Part shown: positions 1-8,260 of the stretch, in pieces
How positions within the stretch are numbered: position 1 is the stretch's first letter
Layout of the letters: the number at the start of each line of letters is the position of its first letter
Origin: an uncultured bacterium
GTDB lineage: Bacteria > Zhuqueibacterota > QNDG01 > DTFT01
DNA length: 32,000 nt
Reading direction: 5' to 3'
NCBI GenBank assembly: GCA_963736115.1
Contig: CAVTNR010000001.1
Coordinates: 79,091 to 111,090 of the forward strand
The notes under the pieces: generated by a model
Databases searched by the model: none
What the model was told of the DNA's origin: nothing
The model's input: only the letters and a program-made list of their open reading frames with translations
Translations under genes and position numbers: made by a program

Positions 1-1518
1 TTTAGAGTCATCACCCGTAATGTCGGTCAGAGCCCGAGTGGCCTGTTTTTTCACTTCTTTCAACCGCTTGAGGAGCTCCTCGAACACCTGGGGGCTGTCG
101 ATTCCCTGCTTGGCCCTTTCCATGATGGATACGAATTCAGTGATGATGGTGTTGACTCTCCGGGTCTCCTCCTGACGCTTGATCAGCATCGAACGGATGC
201 TCTGAAAGAAATGGATCGCCTGCTCGACCTGGGCGAGTAGTTGGGCCGGAACGGGCTGACCCGGATCGGCTGCGGCCTGTCGGGCAAATTGGCGGGTTGT
301 ATCCAGTTCGGAAAGAACCGTATCAATGTCCGGGAGGCGCTGGTTCTGGAACGCGTCGTTGAACTGGCGGAATCGGCAGGCGGCGGTCAGGAAACTGAGA
401 AATGGATATTCTGGAACGTACCGAAGCGCTGTGAATAAAATGCGCTCAGCGCCTGTAAAATCGCCTTGATTCATATGCTGTTGGGCCACTTGGACCTCGT
501 CCCGTACGATTAGGGACTGGAGTTTCTCCCGGTCCGCGGGCGATCCGGCCATCTTCACTTCGGAAATTTTCTTCGAGGAACCAAGCCGACCCAGCAGACC
601 ACCCGTTGAGAACTGCCTGAGATAGGCCTCGAACAACCGGGCTTCAGTGGTTCCCTTGTATCGGTCATCGACCTTCCCGAGCGCCCTCAATGCCCGCCCG
701 AATTCCTCCTTTTTGAAATGCTCGATGGCCGGATGCAGTGCCATGTACAGGAGCTGGGATTCCAGATCGTTTTTCAAGCCGTTCAGAATCGACGGTACGT
801 TGTGCCCGGCGACGCGGATCCCTTCCAGAACGCACTCGTACGCGGCGGCTGGGTTCCGCTGCCCCATCAGGAGGATCGCCTTGAAGGCATAGTATTCGGC
901 GCGGCTTGGATCGAGCTGCATCAGTTCGGACAGCTGGTTGAACAGCATGTTCGCGCTGAGGAGCATGAGAATGGGAAACTTGACGTAAACCTGGCCGCAG
1001 GCTTTCGTCTTCAGCATAGCGATCAGATCGGCGAGCGGTTTTCCCGTATGGGCGCCGTCTATGGAGGCGAGGATCCGCAGGGCGGTGATCTGCGTGCTGA
1101 GCGTTCCGATCGGAGAATCCGAGTTCAGGATGCACAGCGCCTTCAGGTACAGGGCCTCGGGATGGGCTGGTTTCTTGGCCAGGTAGGCATCGAGCTTCTG
1201 AACGGCTTCCTGGTATTCTTTTTTCTGAATGTGCGCTTTCGCCTGCTGCAGCAGTGCGATGTCCACGTCGATGAGACCGCCTACCTGACGGAAGGCATCG
1301 TCCGGCAGTATTTCCCCCAGACGCAGCGACTCATCCGACTTGGCACTGGCGGCCATTTTGTTGAGCTCCGCTTGGACGTCGAAGCCGTTCATCTTGGCCT
1401 TGCTGGGGTCGATGACCGGACCCTTCAGCACGAAACCTTCCTTGAACTCCGGCACCTTAGTGGAGACCTTCATCAACTCCGGTGCTTCAACGAACTGGCT
1501 TTCTTTAACGGCGGTCAT
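1..1518 (-). CDS. TPR-like helical-repeat protein; the C-terminus runs off the left edge of the window
   Basis: Absent from the ORF track because it is open to the edge. Hand translation from the ATG at 1518 gives MTAVKESQFVEAPELMKVSTKVPEFKEGFVLKGPVIDPSKAKMNGFDVQAELNKMAASAK... AAGGGA lies about 8 nt upstream. A TPR-like stretch is present: KEYQEAVQKLDAYLAKKPAHPEALYLKALCIL. No minus-strand ORF ending at 1518 is listed, consistent with an open frame through position 1 (506 codons). The plus-strand ORF 718..1917 is its antisense shadow. Confidence 0.7.
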   Translation of the reverse strand, partial: MTAVKESQFVEAPELMKVSTKVPEFKEGFVLKGPVIDPSKAKMNGFDVQAELNKMAASAKSDESLRLGEILPDDAFRQVGGLIDVDIALLQQAKAHIQKKEYQEAVQKLDAYLAKKPAHPEALYLKALCILNSDSPIGTLSTQITALRILASIDGAHTGKPLADLIAMLKTKACGQVYVKFPILMLLSANMLFNQLSELMQLDPSRAEYYAFKAILLMGQRNPAAAYECVLEGIRVAGHNVPSILNGLKNDLESQLLYMALHPAIEHFKKEEFGRALRALGKVDDRYKGTTEARLFEAYLRQFSTGGLLGRLGSSKKISEVKMAGSPADREKLQSLIVRDEVQVAQQHMNQGDFTGAERILFTALRYVPEYPFLSFLTAACRFRQFNDAFQNQRLPDIDTVLSELDTTRQFARQAAADPGQPVPAQLLAQVEQAIHFFQSIRSMLIKRQEETRRVNTIITEFVSIMERAKQGIDSPQVFEELLKRLKEVKKQATRALTDITGDDSK

Positions 1519-1529
1519 GGAGATTCCCT

Positions 1530-1757
1530 TTATTCTAGATCGATATTCTCAGGCTCCGGCACGTTTTCGAGTAGATGTTCGGCGGACCGCCGGCATAACT
1601 GGTATTCCTTCTCCTGGGTGATATCCGTCAGCTCAAGGATCGAGGATACGACGTTCATCTGTTCCGTCGAGAATTCCTCTGCTTTCGTGACGCTTTCGGA
1701 GCTCACAACCAGCGCTTCGAGCATCTTTTTCCTGTTGAGAGACTGGGTTTTGGCCAT
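1530..1757 (-). CDS. Small (75 aa) acidic helical protein, function unknown
   Basis: The ATG at 1757 is preceded by AAGAGGTGA (strong Shine-Dalgarno) embedded in the last codons of the upstream gene. It sits 3 nt after that gene's stop and 11 nt before the next start, so it looks translationally coupled. Confidence 0.55.
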   Translation of the reverse strand: MAKTQSLNRKKMLEALVVSSESVTKAEEFSTEQMNVVSSILELTDITQEKEYQLCRRSAEHLLENVPEPENIDLE

Positions 1758-1760
1758 GGA

Positions 1761-3659
1761 TCACCTCTTTTTCCTGGTTTCCTTCGGGGCGGCCGGTTTG
1801 ATCCTTCGCGTTTTCGCGGGTGGGCCTGCTTCCAAAAGGAGGATTTCCGCCGGCTCCGGGGTTAAAATACCTTCCTTTTCATCCTCCTCTTCAGGCAGCA
1901 GCACTTCGCCGGTGTAGACCAGAACCCGGTTGACTTTCGCCTCCACCTGATCGTAGGTGTCCTTGATCCGCTGAGTGTTTTCCGAAATCTCTTTCATCGA
2001 TTTTTCCAATTCCTCTTCGGCCTTTTTCCCCTTTCCGGCGGGGTCTTTCGATGCGCCGGCCTTGATCGCGCCGATGATGGCGCCCATCCGCTTACGGATG
2101 AATTCCTGCCGGGTGGAAAGGTTCTGAATGGTCGGCCCTTCGCCGCTGGTCGCCTGATCTTCGGTTATCATTTCCCCAAGGAGATGCCTGAAATGCGGGA
2201 AGGCTTCCAGGCGATGGATCAACTTTTCCTTCAGCTCCTCCTTCAGTACCTGAGGGACGCTTTTATTGTCCAGATAATTATTGACGATCGAAAAGTATGT
2301 TTTGATGGAATCCTTCTGGAGTTCGTCCAGTTTTCTTTCCCGCTTGATGATGAGGTCCACCTCGGGAACTAGCGAGCTCGATTTCTCGAGCATGTCCAGC
2401 GACTCCTCCCGAAGCGCATTGTGGAAGAAGAAATAATCGACCAGCCCCTGAATCAGTTTGGGGTCGGGCATTTCGGAATCGATGGCCATGACCTTGTTCA
2501 GGCGATCACGAAGGCTATCCCGTTCCGCAGGGGTCAGGCCCGATTTTTCGTCTTTTTCGCACCATTCGTGAATCAGGGAGACCGCATGCCAGAGAAGGAC
2601 GTTCCGGATCAGAAGGTCCTTGTCGTCAAGTTTGCGCTCGCCTTCACCCGCGTATTCATCGCCGCCGGATTTACCGGTTTTCGCCTTTTGCGATTGAGGA
2701 TCCCCGTAGTCTTTTTCGAGCTTTTGTACAATACCCATCAGGGGTTTCCGCAGCTGGCTCCGTTCTCCGGAACACCACCGGCAGAGCAGAAGTCCGATTT
2801 CGGCGTTCATCGTCGAACGCTTCTCCTGCGTCGCCCGTGCTTCCGCCGCCTCGAAATATTCCCTGGCCTGGAGGAATTCCTTGTTGAAAAGCGAAACAAT
2901 GCCCAATGTGACCTGGTGATCGCTGATACTTCCGGGAACCCGGTCTGCATGCACGCCCAGACTCCGTACGCGGTCAAAGTACTGAACAGCCTCCTTGATT
3001 TCGCGCTTTTTCCAGTGTTCTTTCCCGAGATTGAAGCAGGCGATGCTCATCAGCTCCTTCGATTTGAGAAAATCCTGGAGTGCATCCTGGTTGGTATCGT
3101 ATATCTCATAAGCGTACTTGTATTTCTCCACTTTTACTTTCGCCCAAAGGTCCAAATACTGAACCGCCGGATCCGATAGGTTTACCCTAGACAGGTCCTC
3201 TATCGTCCCGCTGCAGTCGTCTCGCAGGGCGCGGAGGTAGGCGCGCGCAAAATAGGCCTCATCGAGGTCGTTCTGTTTGAGCCCTGAGGTGATGGCCTTT
3301 GTCAGCAGATCCTCCGCGTCCGTATACTCGGTTCTCCTCTCCTGATCGATGATCCGGAGCGCCTGAAGCAGGGGTTTTCTTTTCTTCGCGGGCTGAATGA
3401 TCGAGAAAAAAAGAATGAGCCCCAGAATCACCAGGATCAGAAAACCGAGCACGGTACCGCCGATCAGGATCAGACTTCTGTCTATTCCGGCGAACAGTCC
3501 CTTTTTCTCTCCGGCTGATTCTTCGGTCAGACCGGTTTCTGCGGCGCCGCGCCCGGAAGGGGATACTGCCGGAGTTCCCGATGGTCCGGTTTCGGGCGGA
3601 ACGGAAGCCGAACTGTCGGCCGGGCCGACGGTTGTCCATGTGTGGTCCGGCTTGAGCAA
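1761..3659 (-). CDS. Single-pass membrane protein with a Pro/Ser/Thr-rich N-terminal stub, one TM helix and a large cytoplasmic TPR-like/helical-repeat domain
   Basis: 632-aa ORF with a TTG start as listed. TM segment LILIGGTVLGFLILVILGLILFFSII is followed by KKRK (positive-inside). Long alpha-helical repeat-like sequence (e.g. EAYFARAYLRALRDD, KEAVQYFDRVRSLG) and a Lys/Glu-rich tail. The true N-terminus is uncertain (see finding on 3527-3814). Confidence 0.75.
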   Translation of the reverse strand: MLKPDHTWTTVGPADSSASVPPETGPSGTPAVSPSGRGAAETGLTEESAGEKKGLFAGIDRSLILIGGTVLGFLILVILGLILFFSIIQPAKKRKPLLQALRIIDQERRTEYTDAEDLLTKAITSGLKQNDLDEAYFARAYLRALRDDCSGTIEDLSRVNLSDPAVQYLDLWAKVKVEKYKYAYEIYDTNQDALQDFLKSKELMSIACFNLGKEHWKKREIKEAVQYFDRVRSLGVHADRVPGSISDHQVTLGIVSLFNKEFLQAREYFEAAEARATQEKRSTMNAEIGLLLCRWCSGERSQLRKPLMGIVQKLEKDYGDPQSQKAKTGKSGGDEYAGEGERKLDDKDLLIRNVLLWHAVSLIHEWCEKDEKSGLTPAERDSLRDRLNKVMAIDSEMPDPKLIQGLVDYFFFHNALREESLDMLEKSSSLVPEVDLIIKRERKLDELQKDSIKTYFSIVNNYLDNKSVPQVLKEELKEKLIHRLEAFPHFRHLLGEMITEDQATSGEGPTIQNLSTRQEFIRKRMGAIIGAIKAGASKDPAGKGKKAEEELEKSMKEISENTQRIKDTYDQVEAKVNRVLVYTGEVLLPEEEDEKEGILTPEPAEILLLEAGPPAKTRRIKPAAPKETRKKR

Positions 3660-3844
3660 GACCTGTGCGCGCCCTTCGTCCGGGCGAGTTCGTCGGCCAC
3701 CGACGGAGCGGCGAGTATCGCCACAAGGAGAAGGATCGTCAGCCCCATGGCTTTCGTCCGGCTATTTTGTCCCATCGGAAGTTTGTTTCGGAAAATCCGC
3801 CTTGATCGCCGCATTTTCCCCTCTTTCCTTTTTTCTGGATACCG

Positions 3845-5038
3845 TTACCGTCTGCAGTCTGTCAGCATTTTCTCGAGCTGGAGGATCCGGCTGCCGAAAC
3901 GCTCGATGACCGCGGGCTCGACGCGCCGCGGATCCGTGACGGGATATCGTGCGACCGTGGACAAGGCGTTTTTAATCCCGTCCAGGAAGGCGCGAGCAGC
4001 CTCGAACTTGCCGGGGCTCTCCGGGATTTCACCGATCAACGCTTCCGAGTACAGCAGGGTCCGCGGAAATTCCCACCACATGAAGGTTGGCTGCCCTCGG
4101 GACGGGTCCCCACTTGCACTGGATGAGTAGTAAAGGTACGGGTGAAGAACCTGCTGGGCATTGACAAACTGGCCCTTTTTAATGAAATAGGACGTCACTT
4201 CCATGAACAGTCTGTCCCTATCGGTGGTTGGAAGCGCATGATAATCACGCCACGCCATGGCGATCATCTTGGCCGGGCTGTCCATCTGAATCTTCGACGG
4301 CGCGTCGGTGTGGTCCGGACCGGTCCAGTTGAGAAGAATCGCGAGCTGCAGCCGGTGGGATTCGATGTTCCCGGCGGGAGCCGATTGGACGGCCCGTTCG
4401 AGCCATTCCAAGCCAGCAACCGCGTCCTGAAGATCCTCCTTTGCGATCCTTCCGGCTAGTAGAAGGAGATCGAACCGGCTCTCTCCCAGACAGACATCCC
4501 CGATGAAATCGATGGCCTTTTGAAACCGTTTTTTAGCCCGGAGGTCTTCCACGACGGCTCGGGGATCCAGGCGGTCTGCGAGGTCCCGCAGCTTGACGGC
4601 CGCCTGGGCTGGATCCGCGTCTGCTCGGATCCGGGGATCTGGATCCAGTGCGGTCCGTACCATGTGCACGACTTCCGGATACAGATCGACCCGGTCGATC
4701 CAGATAGGCATTCTTTTCGTGAGCCCCTCCGGCTCGAACAGGGTGCTGGACGCCCCTTTTTGAATGAGCAAGAAGGGGTCTTCCGTCGCGCTCCATGAAA
4801 AGAGGCATTGCATCATCATAACCCCGCACACGTAAATATCGAGGTTTCGGTCCCGGATCATTTTTCGGTTCCCCCGGATGAGTTCGGGGGCCAGAAATGG
4901 GATTCGGGAGGGTTCGGCGAGCAGTGTTTCGAAACGCGGCCAGTACCCCAGGACGGAAGCGCCAGCAGAACCGGCCACTGATCCTTGAATACGATGTCCG
5001 CAGGCATGGGGTAATTCACTTCCCCGTTCGTCTCCCAC
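3845..5038 (-). CDS. Protein-kinase-like C-lobe plus TPR-like C-terminal domain; probably the 3' part of a frameshifted pseudokinase gene spanning 3845..5427
   Basis: Kinase subdomain VIII/IX signature RIPFLAPELIRGNRKMIRDRNLDIYVCGVMMMQCLF, then LDPDPRIRADADPAQAAVKLRDL (subdomain XI-like), then helical repeats. An internal ATG at 4861 forms an ATGA overlap with the stop of ORF 4858..5427. Confidence 0.7.
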   Translation of the reverse strand: MGDERGSELPHACGHRIQGSVAGSAGASVLGYWPRFETLLAEPSRIPFLAPELIRGNRKMIRDRNLDIYVCGVMMMQCLFSWSATEDPFLLIQKGASSTLFEPEGLTKRMPIWIDRVDLYPEVVHMVRTALDPDPRIRADADPAQAAVKLRDLADRLDPRAVVEDLRAKKRFQKAIDFIGDVCLGESRFDLLLLAGRIAKEDLQDAVAGLEWLERAVQSAPAGNIESHRLQLAILLNWTGPDHTDAPSKIQMDSPAKMIAMAWRDYHALPTTDRDRLFMEVTSYFIKKGQFVNAQQVLHPYLYYSSSASGDPSRGQPTFMWWEFPRTLLYSEALIGEIPESPGKFEAARAFLDGIKNALSTVARYPVTDPRRVEPAVIERFGSRILQLEKMLTDCRR

Positions 5039-5427
5039 CAGACGGGCAGGGAACCGGCGACCTTCGACATGAGGAAAAGGCGGTTCCGTGGGTCGGCTTC
5101 GGACAGCAGTTCGAGCATGCTGCGTCCGCTTGTTTCATAGGCCACGTAGAAAAACAGGCTGCCCTGCACCGTCACGTCGCCGGTCTCCACGATCTGCGCC
5201 AGTCCCTGCCTTTGCGGTTTGCCGATCCACCCGTCTATTTCCGAGCGTTGGGTGAGCGACAGGACATCGTCGATCGGAAGGAGGCGGAAATACCGACTTC
5301 CGGATGCCTCCCGGTACACATAACCCCGCAGGCTCGGGCCCACGTATTCGAGCCGCTCGCCGGCCCTGCCGACCTGTAGCGTCGCGGGCGGGTTCAGCGG
5401 GTCATTTTTTCGCTTTTGCGTAGACAT
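4858..5427 (-). CDS. Protein-kinase-like N-lobe fragment lacking catalytic residues; probably the 5' part of the same frameshifted pseudokinase gene
   Basis: 189-aa ORF overlapping the Hsp70 3' end by 26 nt. N-lobe-like beta-rich sequence (LEYVGPSLRGYVYREASGSRYFRLLP). NYPMPADIVF sits where HRDxKxxN is expected and ALPSWG where DFG is expected. The last ~30 aa (GTGRVSKHCSPNPPESHFWPPNSSGGTEK) look like out-of-frame sequence. Confidence 0.6.
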   Translation of the reverse strand: MSTQKRKNDPLNPPATLQVGRAGERLEYVGPSLRGYVYREASGSRYFRLLPIDDVLSLTQRSEIDGWIGKPQRQGLAQIVETGDVTVQGSLFFYVAYETSGRSMLELLSEADPRNRLFLMSKVAGSLPVWWETNGEVNYPMPADIVFKDQWPVLLALPSWGTGRVSKHCSPNPPESHFWPPNSSGGTEK

Positions 5428-7444
5428 CTTCGAGTGTGTCTCCCAAGTCTTCCAGCTTCTCGCCGGTAATTCCGGAATTCAGGGCTGATATGAAATCGCT
5501 GAACGCCTTGAGTAGGTTTGTGTCCGTCTCCTGGAGCAGATGTTTCTGCGTCCGACGGACGATGGATTTGAACTGTTCCGGAACGGGGAGTGCGGGTTCC
5601 GGAATTCCTCCCGCGGCCGGTGCTCCCTGGGCAGGCTCGGGCTTTACCGGAGTGGTGGGGGAACCGGGAGAAGGCGTCGCCGGTCCCGGCGCTGGCTGTT
5701 GCGGCTGGGATCCGGGTACGGCTCCAGGCTGCGGGGGAGGGGTGAAGCCGCCCGGACCGGATGGACCCGGCTGCGGGGGGACCTGGACACTGCCGTGGGC
5801 ATATAGACCGAGCAGTGTGTTTCGCTTCTGGATCAAGGCGGCGTCTCCCCCGATGCCCGTCTTCTGCTCGAATTTCATTTCATACTGCTTCCCGGTCTGC
5901 ACGTGGAAGACCACCATGGTCAGGAGTCCGTTGACGTCGAGCTTGAAAGTCACTTCGAACTTGTGAAATCCTTCCGGCTTGGGATCGACGTTCTCGATGG
6001 TGAGCTCGCCGATCGGTGTGTTCTCGAAAACAAACTCGCCTTCTCCCTGAAATACAACCGCTTTGATCCGCGTCGCATTCTCCTGATTGCCGAATATGTC
6101 GTTCTTCACTTCGATTGGGATGTTGCTGCCTTGAGCGATCATCCGCACGCACCTACCGCCCGCGACGCCGACCCCGAGCGAATGCTCCGTGATCAGGCGG
6201 ATCTGCTGGTCGTCCACGGACTGGGCGTTCAATTTCAACGATTCATTCCGGCGCTTGATGTCGAATTCGCCCTCGGTGGGAGCGAATCGCTTTGCCAGTA
6301 TCGCCGCGCCCCGGGCGACCACGGTGTCCGGATTGAGTTCGCTTTTGACGAAGCTGTCATCCTTCTTGAAATAATCGAGGAGCATTTCCTTGACCTTGGG
6401 GATTTTGCTAGAGCCGCCGACCAGGAGAATCGCATCCACCTGGTCCCGGTCGATCCCTTTCTGCTCCCGGGCGTTGCTGATGGCCTTGTCGACGTAAGTG
6501 AGGGACTTGCGAAGGAGTCCGTCGATCAGCGACAGAAAGACATCTTTCGTCAGGACCAGCTGGAGCTCGTGTTTAATTGATTCGAGCGACATCGTCGCGG
6601 ATTCGTTGTAACTCAAGGCGATTTTGGCCGGTTCCGAGACCGATTTGATCTTCGCCTTCGCCAGAGGGTCCGCGCCTACATCGATTCCCTGTTTGCGGAG
6701 CTCTTCGACCGCCCATTCCACGATGGCATTGTCGAAATCCCCACCGCCGAGACGCGGATCGCCGGCCGTCGCGATGACGTTCAGATTGCCCGTTTCAACC
6801 TGGATGATGGACACGTCAAAGGTTCCGCCCCCGAGATCGTACACGAGATAGGTTTTTTTCTCCGTCTCCTCCCGGTCCACTCCGTAGCAGATGGCCGCGG
6901 CTGTCGGTTCCGGGATGATCTGCCTCGGGTACAGCCCGGCGAGCAGGGCGGCTTCTTCAGTCGCTTTCTTCTGCGGCTCCATGAAGTAGGCGGGCACGGT
7001 CACCACCGCGTCGTGGATTTCCTCCCCGATCTCCCGCTCGGCCACTTCTTTCATCTTCATCAGGATGAACGCACTGATTTCCTGGGGCAGCATCCATTCC
7101 CCTGCAAAAAACACTTCCACAGGTTGTCCGATCTTGCGGGCGTTCTGGGCCCGGAATCGTTCCAGGGCGTTGTTTTTCTCTGAGAACAGCTCGCCCATTT
7201 CCCGCTTGATTTCTATCACGGTGTCCTCGGGGCGGACGGGGCAATTTCGCTTGGCAGCAGCGCCCACGATGACCTTGCGGAGCATCTGGTCCGTGCTGAC
7301 GACCGAAGGGGTCGTTTCGGGATTGGTGTCCGATTCGGGGTTCTTGATGATTTCAGCCTGTTCAGTATAGGTATTATAAGAAGCCACGGCCGAATACGTC
7401 GTACCGAGATCGATACCGATCACCTTGTGCATTTTGTCGTTCAT
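5402..7444 (-). CDS. Atypical Hsp70/DnaK-family ATPase: complete NBD and beta-sandwich SBD, with the helical lid replaced by a Pro-rich linker and a short helical tail
   Basis: [33 protein letters not shown] and [13 protein letters not shown] are Hsp70 actin-fold signatures. [10 protein letters not shown]...[13 protein letters not shown] is the SBD-beta. The ~70-aa [11 protein letters not shown]...PEPALPVPE linker follows. ATGA overlap with the upstream GrpE-like ORF at 7441-7444. Confidence 0.95.
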   Translation of the reverse strand: MNDKMHKVIGIDLGTTYSAVASYNTYTEQAEIIKNPESDTNPETTPSVVSTDQMLRKVIVGAAAKRNCPVRPEDTVIEIKREMGELFSEKNNALERFRAQNARKIGQPVEVFFAGEWMLPQEISAFILMKMKEVAEREIGEEIHDAVVTVPAYFMEPQKKATEEAALLAGLYPRQIIPEPTAAAICYGVDREETEKKTYLVYDLGGGTFDVSIIQVETGNLNVIATAGDPRLGGGDFDNAIVEWAVEELRKQGIDVGADPLAKAKIKSVSEPAKIALSYNESATMSLESIKHELQLVLTKDVFLSLIDGLLRKSLTYVDKAISNAREQKGIDRDQVDAILLVGGSSKIPKVKEMLLDYFKKDDSFVKSELNPDTVVARGAAILAKRFAPTEGEFDIKRRNESLKLNAQSVDDQQIRLITEHSLGVGVAGGRCVRMIAQGSNIPIEVKNDIFGNQENATRIKAVVFQGEGEFVFENTPIGELTIENVDPKPEGFHKFEVTFKLDVNGLLTMVVFHVQTGKQYEMKFEQKTGIGGDAALIQKRNTLLGLYAHGSVQVPPQPGPSGPGGFTPPPQPGAVPGSQPQQPAPGPATPSPGSPTTPVKPEPAQGAPAAGGIPEPALPVPEQFKSIVRRTQKHLLQETDTNLLKAFSDFISALNSGITGEKLEDLGDTLEDVYAKAKK

Positions 7445-7800
7445 GATTTTGCTCCTTGACTGGTGTGTGCGGCGCTGTCCTTGTGCGAACGGTTTTTATC
7501 ACGGTCCGAAACCGGACGGGTCTTCCCGATAATGACCCGGCAGGGCCTAACCAGAACCTGGCCCGCCCTGTACCCGGATTGTTCGACCCGGATCACCTTT
7601 CCCTCATCACCTTCGCCGTACCCGAGGCATTCCATGGTCAGAGGATCGAAATCAGCCCCGGGCTGAACCTCGAAAGGGGTATAACGGAGGGCCTGGGTGA
7701 TGCCGGTGAGAAGATCGAGTATGGAGTCCGTATTTTTCAGGAACTCCTTCTCGTTTTCGCTGCCTGAGTAATGACGTTTCATCGACTTCAGGGATTCCAT
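7441..7800 (-). CDS. GrpE-like nucleotide-exchange factor, C-terminal (beta-domain) part; frame is open upstream of the listed start
   Basis: DFDPLTMECLGYGEGDEGKVIRVEQSGYRAGQVLVRPCRVIIGK matches the GrpE pattern FDPxxHEA...V..GY...G.VLRPA.V.V. Upstream in the same frame the sequence reads DRKEFIGRSTFNALIPAMESLKSM, which is like the GrpE LLPVLDNLERAL helix. Confidence 0.75.
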   Translation of the reverse strand: MESLKSMKRHYSGSENEKEFLKNTDSILDLLTGITQALRYTPFEVQPGADFDPLTMECLGYGEGDEGKVIRVEQSGYRAGQVLVRPCRVIIGKTRPVSDRDKNRSHKDSAAHTSQGAKS

Positions 7801-8260
7801 GGCCGGGATCAGCGCGTTGAAAGTCGAACGTCCGATGAATTCCTTGCGGTCTGAAACGCAGGTTCTCCTTGAACCGTTCCAGCTCCATGCCGACCGAACG
7901 GGAGAGGGACTCCTGGGCGGCCTGAAGCGACGAAACGGTTGCGATGACCTGCGTTATTTTACCTTCCAGATTGGAAACCATCCGGTAGAGGCCGACCATG
8001 TCTTCGGCCAGTTCTCCCAGGGTTTGGAGCAGGTCATCATTCTTACCGTCGCGGATTCCCGCCCCCTTGAAAAAATCGACCGTGAGGGTCTGTTTGGACA
8101 GATCCAGATCGATCGGTTCCTCACTCCCTGCGGCGCCCACCGGGTTCTGCCCGACGGCGGTTTTCGATTCCTTCCTGGGGGAGGTCCCGCTGGCCGATCC
8201 GCCGGATGGTTCGTTGTGCGGAATGTCCGGCTGATCCGCACTGGGCTTTGTTTTGTTCAT
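7652..8260 (-). CDS. GrpE-like protein, N-terminal disordered and coiled-coil part; overlaps 7441..7800 by 149 nt in another frame (probable frameshift)
   Basis: ATGA overlap with the stop of the J-like gene at 8257-8260. A disordered Ser/Gly/Pro N-terminus is followed by the coiled coil LQAAQESLSRSVGMELERFKENLRFR, resembling the GrpE xxFxNxRKR helix. After that the frame reads Arg/Pro/His-rich nonsense. Confidence 0.6.
   Translation of the reverse strand: MNKTKPSADQPDIPHNEPSGGSASGTSPRKESKTAVGQNPVGAAGSEEPIDLDLSKQTLTVDFFKGAGIRDGKNDDLLQTLGELAEDMVGLYRMVSNLEGKITQVIATVSSLQAAQESLSRSVGMELERFKENLRFRPQGIHRTFDFQRADPGHGIPEVDETSLLRQRKREGVPEKYGLHTRSSHRHHPGPPLYPFRGSARG

Noticed and set aside
718-1917. A 399-aa plus-strand ORF, plus many other long ORFs antisense to the called genes: 13026..14165 (+), 18411..19298 (-), 22994..24172 (-), 24275..25123 (-), 26065..27390 (-), 13797..14612 (-), 31109..31989 (-) and others.
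   Set aside because: Their translations are Arg/Gly/Pro/His-rich with no recognisable motifs. Each lies opposite, or out of frame to, a gene with strong family signatures. These are typical shadow ORFs of high-GC DNA.
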